Shown here: positions 26,001 through 34,630 of the stretch, in pieces
Position numbering within the stretch: the first letter of the stretch is position 1
Layout: every line of letters starts with the position of its first letter
Source: an uncultured virus (IMG/VR IMGVR_UViG_3300029258_001513)
Taxonomy: Duplodnaviria > Heunggongvirae > Uroviricota > Caudoviricetes
Reading direction: 5' to 3' (one strand)
IMG/VR virus record: IMGVR_UViG_3300029258_001513
DNA length: 55,051 bases
Position numbers and translations under genes: made by a program
The notes under the pieces: generated by a model
What the model saw: only the letters and a program-made list of their open reading frames with translations
What the model was told of the DNA's origin: nothing
Database searches by the model: none

Positions 26001-26805
26001 CGCAGAGGGTTCTGTTGGTCCGCATTATGTTAACTTTGCCAATTCGTCCAGAAGTCTACATGAACAGATTCATTTGCTTCTCCTCCGGCTTGGAATAGAA
26101 TCAACCATTTGTGATTCAAATGTGGATGACAGGGAGATTAGCGGGCACGTGATAAAAGGGGGAGGGCACTGGCGATTAAGCATTTACGGATTGGAGAATC
26201 TTGAAAGATTTGAAGAGATTGTTGGATTCGGGTGTCAGGAAAAGGCTATGAAGCTGGCGCGAGTCGTAGAGTCAATTGGCTTGTATCACAACAATGGTTC
26301 ATTCCCCTACACTGAACATCAAAGGCTGGTACAAGTGAGGGCTGTTGAGAAGACCAAATTGTCGCAACCAGTTTTGGTTTATGACCTTGAAATTGAGGGA
26401 GAGCACAATTACATGGCGAATGGTGTTGTGGTTCATAATTCTATCAGTGATGAGCAACTCGTATTGTTCTGGAACGAGATAAACTGGGTGCGGCGTAATG
26501 GTGCCGAGGTATGGATTTACGAATGTGATACGCAAATCTCTCCCCGGTCGCCATTCAAGTATCGTGGCAAGTGGGATGGTACGGTTCACGGTCGCGGGGG
26601 CACGGACCTTGAGCCGCCTCTCAAGGAATGCGAGGGCAAGTATGATGCTCTCATCTACTTTACGGATTTCTATGCTCCGCAGATTGAAACCCAGTATCGG
26701 ATTCCGATTCTGTGGGTTCTGACGACGGAGTTGGAAAAGGATGCTTACCCCTATCGGTGGGGAAAGCACATCAAGATAGACGACGGCAAAGCCGTGGCAG
26801 CATGA
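23053..26805 (+). CDS. DUF2201-like metallopeptidase + vWA protein with two inteins
   Basis: HEIIH|CVFGH zincin motif, AIDTSG|S MIDAS, GRGGTD, IYFTD; probable GTG start 23053. Confidence 0.85.
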   Translation: MAESSQPEYDKAKLRKELIKGIVHLARHKEFYGHIVQQFEKVWVCGKHRIETAAVGRFRGERFIKMWMNMDFFAGIFAENTREQAWTYMLNVQEHEIIHCFPKGTMVGGSFVPIEKMTEGMAIVGSDGERHEAERVESRRYTGGLVSIKPMGVMPFNVTDHHRILVADIGWKTINTDKPRRNVRLIRNVGWKESQDVKKGDWLAVPRMKGHREDVEIDVSQYMKGNKWSLPWGVRVGRIPLNEDVAWLLGYYCAEGSASCSTGQVIFSMHEKERVSNGSEVARIVEGWGLGGKPFYQRGEGHSLRIVFNSVVMARMLRDMAGYHANTKAVPPEVFWHRDDGIVKAFLRGYFDGDGATESEVFSSASVSSTLACQLQMMSARIGAWMNMHFDELSRQPPRVIVSGKPRKLKDQYRLHSGGDDIRVLLGYSPVRKKGRVTRHHVISEDFIFVPVKEVSRQEKWSGTVYNLRSPTKDYLVHNVVVHNCVFGHLFLTFEDKTRGGVAVDCVVNGIMNPQDDKKLMPGNYVHPAHYGFPLDKSAMWYYTHLRENPRFQQQCKSGAFGAGGALSHIMSGHSAWDDVKDDPVAQEFAKDIVRKAKDLCNKQYGNIPGAVQQQIEELLKRKKAIVPWGRVLRMFCASAQESILDYTVKRVSRRYGTRPGTRKGDVLKLAVAIDTSGCFVGETLVPMANGGIKRIDDVVEGDMVVSSAFGGCQVPRKCTNVFEKEATELVSVTADKGFSFTCTPNHRIFVLRPEVGPKRIRKYDKLRRGKMMNELRESSVVEIPAEELQPGDWLITTHGSAPWMTPLEGSLLPMTDAQSGMYVTESDISEADRLKRQKGVSYRKQHRDGMMRFHYASILEAKRRGVSKTLPVIPKQPTDDFCQIVGYAIGDGHLSDATFVVTDESRSRLDLYNDLMVGVFGLTGDIKEWDRRRLVVNSKPLVEWWKDSLPETVVRSPDRTIPQSLTRLPDSKIAALLRGLFDAEGSVGPHYVNFANSSRSLHEQIHLLLLRLGIESTICDSNVDDREISGHVIKGGGHWRLSIYGLENLERFEEIVGFGCQEKAMKLARVVESIGLYHNNGSFPYTEHQRLVQVRAVEKTKLSQPVLVYDLEIEGEHNYMANGVVVHNSISDEQLVLFWNEINWVRRNGAEVWIYECDTQISPRSPFKYRGKWDGTVHGRGGTDLEPPLKECEGKYDALIYFTDFYAPQIETQYRIPILWVLTTELEKDAYPYRWGKHIKIDDGKAVAA
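23350..24504 (+). mobile_element. Intein with LAGLIDADG endonuclease
   Basis: CFPKGT...LLGYYCAEG...FLRGYFDGDG...VVHN|C. Confidence 0.9.
25087..26439 (+). mobile_element. Intein with LAGLIDADG endonuclease
   Basis: CFVGET...TPNH...IVGYAIGDG...LLRGLFDAEG...VVHN|S. Confidence 0.9.
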
Positions 26806-26816
26806 AGGGAGATTAG

Positions 26817-27221
26817 ATGAAGACGCTGTTTATCGTGGGACAGAACCGTGTCGATAGCCATGCGGGGGAGACTTACGACTACATCCTTGAAGTCGAGGAT
26901 GCTCCCCTGACGACGGAAATCCAAGAAATCGCCGACCGGGTTCGCACTCGGCTCCGTTCTCTGTGGATGGAGCAGGTGAAACCGCAAGAGGGCGAGCCCG
27001 ACCCGAATCCGAGGTTGGTCTGCACCTTGGACGCTCACCCGGTTTTCCGGGCGATGCTTGTTGACCTGCAACTCATCTTGAGGGAGGAAGAGAATATCGA
27101 AATCGAGTTGCCGGGAATAGAGACCAAGCCGGAGCCTACGGACCCGGAAGCCCGCAGGGCACTTGGGCTCCCGGTTGACGAGTCGGATGGTGATGAGGAT
27201 AACCCACAGGAAGGAGAGTAG
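26817..27221 (+). CDS. Hypothetical protein
   Basis: GGAG RBS, 134 aa. Confidence 0.7.
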   Translation: MKTLFIVGQNRVDSHAGETYDYILEVEDAPLTTEIQEIADRVRTRLRSLWMEQVKPQEGEPDPNPRLVCTLDAHPVFRAMLVDLQLILREEENIEIELPGIETKPEPTDPEARRALGLPVDESDGDEDNPQEGE

Positions 27222-27223
27222 GC

Positions 27224-27820
27224 ATGGCTAAGTTTGGAGATTGGTCGGCGGCACAGGATGTCAAGGACATCATGGAGAGGTTCGTGGAGCATTTCCCCGA
27301 CGTGTTCGATGGATTTGACACGGACGGCATCTTCTTCATTCTCACACAGAAGAAGAAGTCGAAGGTGCCTATCAAGGTCAGGGCACTCGGTTATCCCGGA
27401 TATGTCGTAGCCGGGAAGCCGTATGTCGTGGAGTGCTTCGAGTCTTGGTGGAAAGAGATGGACCAGCGGCAGAAGAACATTGCCTGTTGGGATGCCATGA
27501 GTTATATCCCCGAGGGGGCGTTCGACGAGCAGTCCAAGCGGTATGGTAAGCTCGTGCAGCCGGAAATCAAGATGCACATGCGTACATTCGCGGCGTGCGG
27601 TGGTGTGCCGAATTGGTTTGAAAACCCGGCGGCGAAAGACCCGATGGAGCGGACGGCTGACGAAATTGCGGATGACGTTCCCTCTGTGGAGCCCATACCG
27701 GAAGAAGCCGTAAGTGGCGGCGATATGAAGCGTACCCCGGTAACACCGTCGGATATCGCGAACGTCGGGGGGAAATCCAAGGGGAAGTCTGCCAAGGCTG
27801 CTGAGCCCGTTGCGGCTTAA
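27224..27820 (+). CDS. Phage metallopeptidase-like protein lacking HExxH
   Basis: YVVECFESWWKEMDQRQK..WDAMSYIP layout resembles putative phage metallopeptidases without the His ligands. Confidence 0.45.
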   Translation: MAKFGDWSAAQDVKDIMERFVEHFPDVFDGFDTDGIFFILTQKKKSKVPIKVRALGYPGYVVAGKPYVVECFESWWKEMDQRQKNIACWDAMSYIPEGAFDEQSKRYGKLVQPEIKMHMRTFAACGGVPNWFENPAAKDPMERTADEIADDVPSVEPIPEEAVSGGDMKRTPVTPSDIANVGGKSKGKSAKAAEPVAA

Positions 27821-28449
27821 TGGCTCGTCGGAACCCATCTGAACCAATAGAAAATCTCTCCCGCGAAGAGAGACGACGCTTGCGTGTCGGTCGCTATCGT
27901 GTGGGAGGGTGGAAACGGGAGAAACGCCGGAGATTGTCCAGAGATGAATTGCTGGACTATCTCCGGCGTAATGGTTTCAAGTCTAGGCGTCAACTTGTAC
28001 AGGGGCGGAAGCCGGGCGACCCGCACGTATGGGATTACGTCTGCGAGTTTGGCAGGTGGTCGGATGCCACGTTGGAGGCGTTTGGCAAAGAGCCATTTGC
28101 CGCCGACTTTACAGCGAAGTATATCGTTCGGGTGGTTGCAGAGAACAATCTCTGGACGGCTGCCTTGTACCGGGAAGAACGGCGGGTTAGACCGGATATT
28201 GTCCCGTCTTTCTATCAGGTTGAAAAGGAGTACAAGCGATGGGAAAACCTCAAGTACGCGGCAAGACAATATGATGCACGTCGCACGCTGCACGAGTACC
28301 TGAGACTTATGAGAAGGTATGGTCGCAGGCCGACTGCTCAGGAGTGTAAGGAAAAAGGAATAGATGTTCGGAGGCTCGTGGATTTGTTCGGTGGTCGTAA
28401 GCGTTTCAATGAAAATGTCTTGTCTCTGAGGAGACATTATGAGAAGTGA
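27820..28449 (+). CDS. Hypothetical basic protein
   Basis: Repeated P...Y..FG.W units typical of small DNA-binding repeats. Confidence 0.6.
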   Translation: MARRNPSEPIENLSREERRRLRVGRYRVGGWKREKRRRLSRDELLDYLRRNGFKSRRQLVQGRKPGDPHVWDYVCEFGRWSDATLEAFGKEPFAADFTAKYIVRVVAENNLWTAALYREERRVRPDIVPSFYQVEKEYKRWENLKYAARQYDARRTLHEYLRLMRRYGRRPTAQECKEKGIDVRRLVDLFGGRKRFNENVLSLRRHYEK

Positions 28450-28885
28450 ACAAGAAATACGTCGAAAACTCAACGAGTTGTTGAAGCGAAGATTGAAGGG
28501 GATGAAGGACGAGTATCTCTCCCAGATTCCGCATAACTGTGCCTTCAACACAAGGCTTCGGGTCAAGGGTCAGGGCAGAATCGGATTCTGTCAGAATGCG
28601 GTTGTTCTGAAAGCCTTGGGGGTAAAAGTGTATGTGTGTAATGAGCCGGAGACTGCGAAGCAGTGCAAGGTATTCCACTGCCGTAACACACCGGAATCGG
28701 TGGAGGAGGAATTCCAGAGTATCCTTCAATCACCATCGCGTTGCGGGGAGAAATTCCCACAGTTGGCCGTTCTGATATGGGCGATTCAGGATTGGGGAAG
28801 GCGGTCAAGGGCAACGAGATTCAGGAGGTCGGCTAGTGCCATGCTTCGGGAATTTTTGAGCTTGATTACTTTCAGATGGTGGTGA
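28439..28885 (+). CDS. Hypothetical Cys-containing protein
   Basis: 148-aa ORF in operon. Confidence 0.65.
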   Translation: MRSEQEIRRKLNELLKRRLKGMKDEYLSQIPHNCAFNTRLRVKGQGRIGFCQNAVVLKALGVKVYVCNEPETAKQCKVFHCRNTPESVEEEFQSILQSPSRCGEKFPQLAVLIWAIQDWGRRSRATRFRRSASAMLREFLSLITFRWW

Positions 28886-28886
28886 C

Positions 28887-29564
28887 GTGTACGGTCAATG
28901 GGTTTGTCTTTCGATAAACACCTCTTTCCATCATGGCGACAAGGAAGCCGTGGCTCTGGAAATGGAGCGTGTTTTTGCCGGGGACGTTATTGAGACACGT
29001 GTTGTCTCCGATGATGTTCTTGAGGGGTCGGGCGAATACTTCGCTCTCGTAAAATGCTCAGACTACTTTTCCCACGTTGACAGCCTGAAGGAGAGCGTTG
29101 CAGTTCTCCGGGTTGTCCCTTCCTATGCCGAGCCCGCTTTTCTTTCTGAAGCCGAAGTCGATAGTTTTTCAAAATCGGTCAGTGAGGAAGAGAAGCCACA
29201 GCTTGTCGAGCTTTTCTATGGGGACATCGTTCGTGTCAGGAAGGATGTGTCTTCCAATCTCCAGCACTTGTCTGGTCTCTATGGAATCGTTGTTGGCTTT
29301 GGCAAACGTGAAAACTGGTATCGTGTTTTCTTTCGCTTCGAGACCAAATCATTCGAGAGAGTTATTTGCTCGACATCACTCACTTACACGGGTAATGTTC
29401 TGGAGAATCTTATTGTCCGTCCGTTCACTCAAAGAGTGAAACGTAAAAATCTCTTCAAGAAATACCGGGTCAAAGCACGAAAGGCGATGCAGAACCTTGT
29501 CAACCGCGATAAGATACGTCGGCGACAGCGTAGAAAACATGAGAAACCGTACCGTCGTCGTTGA
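28887..29564 (+). CDS. NusG-like (NGN+KOW) transcription factor
   Basis: WVCL..GEYFALV..VLRVV..LSEAEV then GDIVRV..GLYGIV KOW-like motif. Confidence 0.55.
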   Translation: MYGQWVCLSINTSFHHGDKEAVALEMERVFAGDVIETRVVSDDVLEGSGEYFALVKCSDYFSHVDSLKESVAVLRVVPSYAEPAFLSEAEVDSFSKSVSEEEKPQLVELFYGDIVRVRKDVSSNLQHLSGLYGIVVGFGKRENWYRVFFRFETKSFERVICSTSLTYTGNVLENLIVRPFTQRVKRKNLFKKYRVKARKAMQNLVNRDKIRRRQRRKHEKPYRRR

Positions 29565-30081
29565 GACGGGGCGGCCCCTGCCGTATTTCACTCCTGACCA
29601 GATTCGCACCTTCAAGCCTATTTTCGTATTTCTCAATGACAAGGATGTTGACATCCTTTATCTGATTTTCGTTTCTCGAAAACGTCAGATGGATGTCACC
29701 CGCATTCTGAACCGCACACAGTCCTCTCTTGCTTACGACATCAAGCGTATCCGTCGCCGTCTGCGGTTTATACGCTATCTGCACAGGGAGTTTGACGTTT
29801 TCCTCGACTTCATTCGTCGCGAGCGTGAGGGGGACTGCTTCACCCCGGAGGAGATTGAGGTGCTGACCCTGATGTTTTACACGTCCTCCTTCACTCTTAC
29901 GGCGAAGGTGCTCGGGACTTCGCCTGTCCGGGTGAGGCATTCTTACACGAAGTGTATCCGCCGGATGAAGGAGCGTTCCATGTGGGACGCCTACGAGATA
30001 TTCACGGTCATTCGGGAGAATCTCAATATCGTGAAGCGGGTCTATCCACTGTCTCGCCGTTCTTCGTGCGGGTTTGAGTGA
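29539..30081 (+). CDS. Sigma70 region-4-like double HTH protein
   Basis: LNDKDVDILYL..RQMDVTRIL..TQSSL..IKRIRRRL and FTPEEIEVL..TAKVLGTS..V....RRMK. Confidence 0.6.
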   Translation: MRNRTVVVETGRPLPYFTPDQIRTFKPIFVFLNDKDVDILYLIFVSRKRQMDVTRILNRTQSSLAYDIKRIRRRLRFIRYLHREFDVFLDFIRREREGDCFTPEEIEVLTLMFYTSSFTLTAKVLGTSPVRVRHSYTKCIRRMKERSMWDAYEIFTVIRENLNIVKRVYPLSRRSSCGFE

Positions 30082-30096
30082 TAATTCTTTGATATT
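30081..30096 (+). promoter_or_regulatory. Phage promoter motif B
   Basis: ATAATTCTTTGATATT before AGGAGG RBS of the late operon. Confidence 0.65.
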
Positions 30097-30120
30097 CGTT
30101 CCGTTGGTAGGAGGACTGTT

Positions 30121-30381
30121 ATGTCTGATGTTCTGGAGCATTTCACGTGGCACAGTGCCGTCGGGATTGACTGTGCGATGGACGGTAAGCGGATGGTTGC
30201 GAGGCTTCCCAAGACGAAACGTGCCTTGAGCATGTTCGAGGCTGCCGGGAATGACTTGTTGATACACAAGACGACCCGTTGCCTTTGGCGGTTGAGTGAA
30301 GATAGCAAGCACATCGAGCCCGTATTCGGGAATGACGTGCTGACAGAGGAACAGGTCGCCGAGGCGATGAAGGAGAGTTGA
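30121..30381 (+). CDS. Hypothetical protein
   Basis: Strong RBS. Confidence 0.7.
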   Translation: MSDVLEHFTWHSAVGIDCAMDGKRMVARLPKTKRALSMFEAAGNDLLIHKTTRCLWRLSEDSKHIEPVFGNDVLTEEQVAEAMKES

Positions 30382-30382
30382 T

Positions 30383-31534
30383 ATGGACCTCACAGATATG
30401 ATGAAAGAGGCTTCAATTGTGGACCACTCGTGGGCTGAGTCGCCCGGCGGGATGGTATCGGACGAGCCATTGATTGACGTTGAAGAACTGAAAAACCCTA
30501 ACAATATCAAGCCCGAGTTGGAAGTTCAGTGGGGCGGTGGCGGTCCTGAAATCGACATCGACGAGCCTGCTGGGGTGGTGGAGCGTAATCTAGGGGACGA
30601 ATCGCCGGATGTCGATTCGGTCATCATGTTCGCTCGTGACCAGATGAATCGGGGCTTGATGGGGCGTGACCTGAATCGTGCCCTCCAGTCGAAATTCGAT
30701 GCGGAAACCCTGAAAGCCGCTTCCGAGGGACTTGCGGAACAACTCAAGCTCGAAGGAATTGTGGGCTGTGTGGCTATTGACGGAAGGGGCTACATGGACT
30801 GCAAGGAAGCCTTGAAAGCGTCTCGCCAGTCGCCATACAAGGGGCTTATTAGGTATGTCATAGGGTGCGAGTGCGGAACGCCGCATACGATGCCCAAGGC
30901 TCCCCGTGGCAGGCTTCTTGGGGATGCTGCTGATTCTACCGGGAGTGCTGTGGATGACTTCTTGGCCGATTCTGGAACCCACAAGGCCGAGATGGTTCCC
31001 ATTTGCAGGTCTACAGCACTCCCGATTCTTGGTCGGGACGAGCTTGATGCTTCCGAAGTGAATGCCGGTCTTATCGACATGATGACCGTAACAGGACTGC
31101 CGGAAGACGTTGCGGGGGAAGCGAAGAAGAAGGGCGGACTCAAGGCTTTTCAGGCAGCTTTCCGATGGCTTCAGGAGACCCGAGAAGCACGTGAGAAGGG
31201 TAAGTACGCGGAATCCGTGGACGCTTCCGAGCACGTTATTGAGCCGACGGATATGCCGGTGGATGTCGCTCCTGAAGTCAAGCGTGAGGCTATTTCCGTG
31301 AACGCACAGCCGAATCGTGGTTTTGAGATTGACGTGGCCGGGGCCGGGCCAAGCGTTGACGGGGTTGTTCCTGTCAATGGTGCAGCCGACCAGTTGCCTG
31401 TCGAATTCGACAAGGAGTTCGTCGCTCAGGAAGTCGAGCCGGGCGTATTCTTGGAGGAGGAATTCGAGGGCACCGACGAGGTCGAGCTTGACGAAGAAAA
31501 GACACCTCCGGGAGAGCTTGGTGTCGAGTTCTAA
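30383..31534 (+). CDS. Hypothetical acidic protein
   Basis: 383-aa ORF. Confidence 0.75.
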   Translation: MDLTDMMKEASIVDHSWAESPGGMVSDEPLIDVEELKNPNNIKPELEVQWGGGGPEIDIDEPAGVVERNLGDESPDVDSVIMFARDQMNRGLMGRDLNRALQSKFDAETLKAASEGLAEQLKLEGIVGCVAIDGRGYMDCKEALKASRQSPYKGLIRYVIGCECGTPHTMPKAPRGRLLGDAADSTGSAVDDFLADSGTHKAEMVPICRSTALPILGRDELDASEVNAGLIDMMTVTGLPEDVAGEAKKKGGLKAFQAAFRWLQETREAREKGKYAESVDASEHVIEPTDMPVDVAPEVKREAISVNAQPNRGFEIDVAGAGPSVDGVVPVNGAADQLPVEFDKEFVAQEVEPGVFLEEEFEGTDEVELDEEKTPPGELGVEF

Positions 31535-31535
31535 T

Positions 31536-32117
31536 ATGGCGACAGAAACGGAATTTGATAAGGCTGACAAGGAGGCTGGTGTTCTCGAACCCGAGCCGGT
31601 TTCTCCCGATGTCTCCGTTATGCCCAAGGGAACAGGCGGTATACCTGCCAACGTGGTCCATTTCCGGGAGCAACTTGTTGAGCAATACCACAAGGGAGCC
31701 CCAAGTCTTATCAGACGCTTGCGTGAGGCGGGCAAGCAGAGCATCGAAGACTTGCTTGTCGCCCTCATTGATGAGGTTGTCGCGGAAACGGACAACCTGC
31801 TGGGAAATGAGCTTGTCGCCACACACAACGGAGATTTAAGGGATGCGTCTATCATCTCCTTCAAGCGGACGGAAGCCCTTGAGAAAGCCATCAAGGCTGT
31901 TCAGGCGAAGCAGGAGTTTGAGAGGACGGGCGGCATTGATGTCGATTCTCCGGCGATGGTGACGGTTTTCAAGTTCTTTATGATGAAGACGAAGGAAGCC
32001 TTGGAACTCATGGGGGTCGATGCCGAAATGAATGATTTGTTCTTCCGTACCTTCGGAGACGTAACAGAGGGGTGGAAGAAGGAACTTCGTAGTGAGTTTG
32101 AGAGATTGAAGGCTTAG
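31536..32117 (+). CDS. Hypothetical protein (possible terminase small subunit by position)
   Basis: Helical protein directly upstream of TerL. Confidence 0.5.
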   Translation: MATETEFDKADKEAGVLEPEPVSPDVSVMPKGTGGIPANVVHFREQLVEQYHKGAPSLIRRLREAGKQSIEDLLVALIDEVVAETDNLLGNELVATHNGDLRDASIISFKRTEALEKAIKAVQAKQEFERTGGIDVDSPAMVTVFKFFMMKTKEALELMGVDAEMNDLFFRTFGDVTEGWKKELRSEFERLKA

Positions 32118-32127
32118 GGGCAATGGA

Positions 32128-33972
32128 ATGGCCCGAGACAACATCATTGCAGAGCTTGCCAAGGGATTCATCTCGGGCAGCAATGGCGATATTGCGGACA
32201 TCGTCACGTTTGTTGAGGCTCCGTGGGGTCTCAATATGCGTCTCCTGCCCGTCCAGAAATTCATCCTGAAGACCTTTTACGGTCTTCCTCTGGACAACAA
32301 AGACGCCTATATCCCCGTTTACAACCTCACCAACGAGCATATTCTCTACACTTTCACCGAGAGTGGCTTCCTCAATTGGCTTTACAGCGAAGGTCGCTGC
32401 AATACCAACGAAACTGAGGGAAAGAACTTTCACGAACTCGTTCTTTCCGTGGGACGCCGTGGGTCGAAGTCGAGTATGGCGGCTTTTATCGCCAACTACG
32501 AGATATACAAGCTCGTGCGTCGAGGCGACCCGGTAAAGCACTACGGCTTCAACCCCGGTGCTCAGTTCTACATCCTTAACGTGGCTCCTACCGACGAACA
32601 GGCGGCTATTGTTTATGACATGATGCAAAATCAGTCCGGTGAATGTCCCTACATGCGGGACCGTTCCATTCACAACACGATGACCTACTTCGACATCCAG
32701 ACAGATGCGGATTTGTCGAGGAGGGAACGTAAATCCAAAGCGAGCATTGTAGTCCTGTCGGGAGGCTGTTCGTCGAACGCTTTGCGTGGTCGAAATGCCA
32801 TTGTCGTCATCATGGACGAGATGGCTTTCTTCTTGGACAATGCCGGACGCTTCTCGGGAACAGAGGTTTACAGGGCTTTGACACCCTCCGTGGCGTCCTT
32901 TATGGACGACGGCAAGGTAATCTGTATCAGTAGCCCCTATGCCAAGTATGGTGCTTTCTATGACAGGTTCTTGCAGTCGTTCCATGAAACGGACATCACG
33001 CTGTCGTTCAAGATGTACAGTGCGATGGTCAACCCGGAAAACGTGTCACCGTCCATTCTGAAAGCTGCCAAGCGACGTGACCGGGCTTCGTTCATGTGTG
33101 AGTACGGTGCCGAGTTCAGTGATGCGGTTGTGGCGTGGGTTGATGACGAGGAGGAATTTAAGCGGTGTATCACGTTGCCCGCTGCATCGGCTAAAGGTGT
33201 TCCCGACACCAAGTATTTCATGGGTATCGACCTTGGATTCAAGAACGACGGTTCCGCGATTGCCATTGTTCATCGAGACCGCAAGACAGGGAAAATCATT
33301 CTTGACCATGCCGACGTGTGGTTCTCGGGAGCCTCGGACGTATGGGACTTCGAGGATAGTATCTACAGTTCATGTCGGAAGTACGCCAATCAAGACCTGT
33401 TGAGAATGGCTGATATTGTGAGGGAGATTGCGGAGTTGGTCAGGTGGTTCCCCTTAAAGGCGGGCGTTTTCGACCAGAGCAACGGCTACGCTTTGGCTGA
33501 ACTGGTGAAGGCGAAGGGATTCAAGCAGATTGAGATGGAGAACTTCACCGATAAGAAGAATCACGAGGTTTACGAGTTGACCAAACGGCTTTATGCGGAG
33601 CGGCTCGTGGAGTTGTACGACCATCCTGTTCTTGTCCCGGAGGTTCTGACTTTGGAGGGTGAGAGGCGCAGTAAGAACATCATCATTGTCAGGGCTCCGA
33701 ATCGCAGGGGTGCCCACGATGATATTTCTGATGCGTTCGCACGGGCAGTGTGGCTTTGCTACAAGACATTCAAGAAGCAGGCTCCTCATATTTCCACGGG
33801 TGCTGGAGGGGCGATGGCGGGAATGGGGGCAATAGGGCTGTACAAGGGTCCGCCCGAACTTCGAGTAAAGCAGCAGACGTTGCGTTCGTTCCAGTTGGAC
33901 AGGTTCAAGAAGCATGGGGAACATCCGAGGTTGGGGGCTCCTCGTCGGCGGGCTCCCGGAGCGGTGAAGTAG
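32128..33972 (+). CDS. terL: Terminase large subunit
   Basis: GRRGSKS Walker A, IMDEMA Walker B, ISSP, EYGAEF, GIDLG and HDDISDA nuclease motifs. Confidence 0.9.
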   Translation: MARDNIIAELAKGFISGSNGDIADIVTFVEAPWGLNMRLLPVQKFILKTFYGLPLDNKDAYIPVYNLTNEHILYTFTESGFLNWLYSEGRCNTNETEGKNFHELVLSVGRRGSKSSMAAFIANYEIYKLVRRGDPVKHYGFNPGAQFYILNVAPTDEQAAIVYDMMQNQSGECPYMRDRSIHNTMTYFDIQTDADLSRRERKSKASIVVLSGGCSSNALRGRNAIVVIMDEMAFFLDNAGRFSGTEVYRALTPSVASFMDDGKVICISSPYAKYGAFYDRFLQSFHETDITLSFKMYSAMVNPENVSPSILKAAKRRDRASFMCEYGAEFSDAVVAWVDDEEEFKRCITLPAASAKGVPDTKYFMGIDLGFKNDGSAIAIVHRDRKTGKIILDHADVWFSGASDVWDFEDSIYSSCRKYANQDLLRMADIVREIAELVRWFPLKAGVFDQSNGYALAELVKAKGFKQIEMENFTDKKNHEVYELTKRLYAERLVELYDHPVLVPEVLTLEGERRSKNIIIVRAPNRRGAHDDISDAFARAVWLCYKTFKKQAPHISTGAGGAMAGMGAIGLYKGPPELRVKQQTLRSFQLDRFKKHGEHPRLGAPRRRAPGAVK

Positions 33973-33975
33973 AAC

Positions 33976-34629
33976 ATGGACGAGCAACTCATAGCACGGG
34001 AGATTTTGACCGTGGCGAAGAGCCTGTTGGCGGTTCGTGGTCCGTATGTGGATTCTGTCATTGACGGCATCAGGGTTACTCAGGTCCAAACTGAAAACTC
34101 TCGGTCCCGTGCTACCATTCGGGGTAACAAGCTCCTTATCAAGTGGGGCACTGATGCCCCGGAGGGGAGCTATATGCGGAAGCGGTACTTGCCTAAATGG
34201 GTGAGTTGGGCAAAGCGGAAGATTGTTCGGAAGAGTGAACGGGTTGAGCAGAAGAAGGAGTGGGCTCGGACGGTCGAGGACGGCTATTCGGTCTACGACC
34301 TTGAGGGTAAGGACGAGGTGGCAGCCATTCTTTCAAAGGTGGAGCGTGATATTCGTCCGGTCCTCCGAGAGTTCGACTTGAAATATACGACGCTGAAGGA
34401 GTCGGTGGCCGAGGGTTCACTGGGTTTCAATCGTGGCAGACGAGTCATTGCTCTGAATATCAGGCAGAAGCGGTTTCCGATGAAGTTGCGTAAGTACAGT
34501 GCCGTTATGCGAACGATGCTTCACGAGTTGGCTCACCTTCGGCACATGAATCACGGGCCGGATTTCAAGATGTTCGAGATGGAGTTGGTCGAGTGGGCAA
34601 GGGGCAAGGGAATCTATCGTCCGGGTTGA
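33976..34629 (+). CDS. WLM/YgjP-like zinc metallopeptidase
   Basis: LGFN..IALNIR..TMLHELAHLRHMNHGPDF. Confidence 0.8.
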   Translation: MDEQLIAREILTVAKSLLAVRGPYVDSVIDGIRVTQVQTENSRSRATIRGNKLLIKWGTDAPEGSYMRKRYLPKWVSWAKRKIVRKSERVEQKKEWARTVEDGYSVYDLEGKDEVAAILSKVERDIRPVLREFDLKYTTLKESVAEGSLGFNRGRRVIALNIRQKRFPMKLRKYSAVMRTMLHELAHLRHMNHGPDFKMFEMELVEWARGKGIYRPG

Positions 34630-34630
34630 T

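Noticed and set aside
30590..31894. Long minus-strand ORFs (also 3316-4380, 37575-38972 and others)
   Set aside because: Antisense shadows of GC-rich plus-strand genes with no recognisable motifs.
33970..33978. TerL-WLM fusion by TAG readthrough (also 49077 and 52823 junctions)
   Set aside because: In-frame TAG junctions occur at about chance frequency, and the downstream genes have their own starts.
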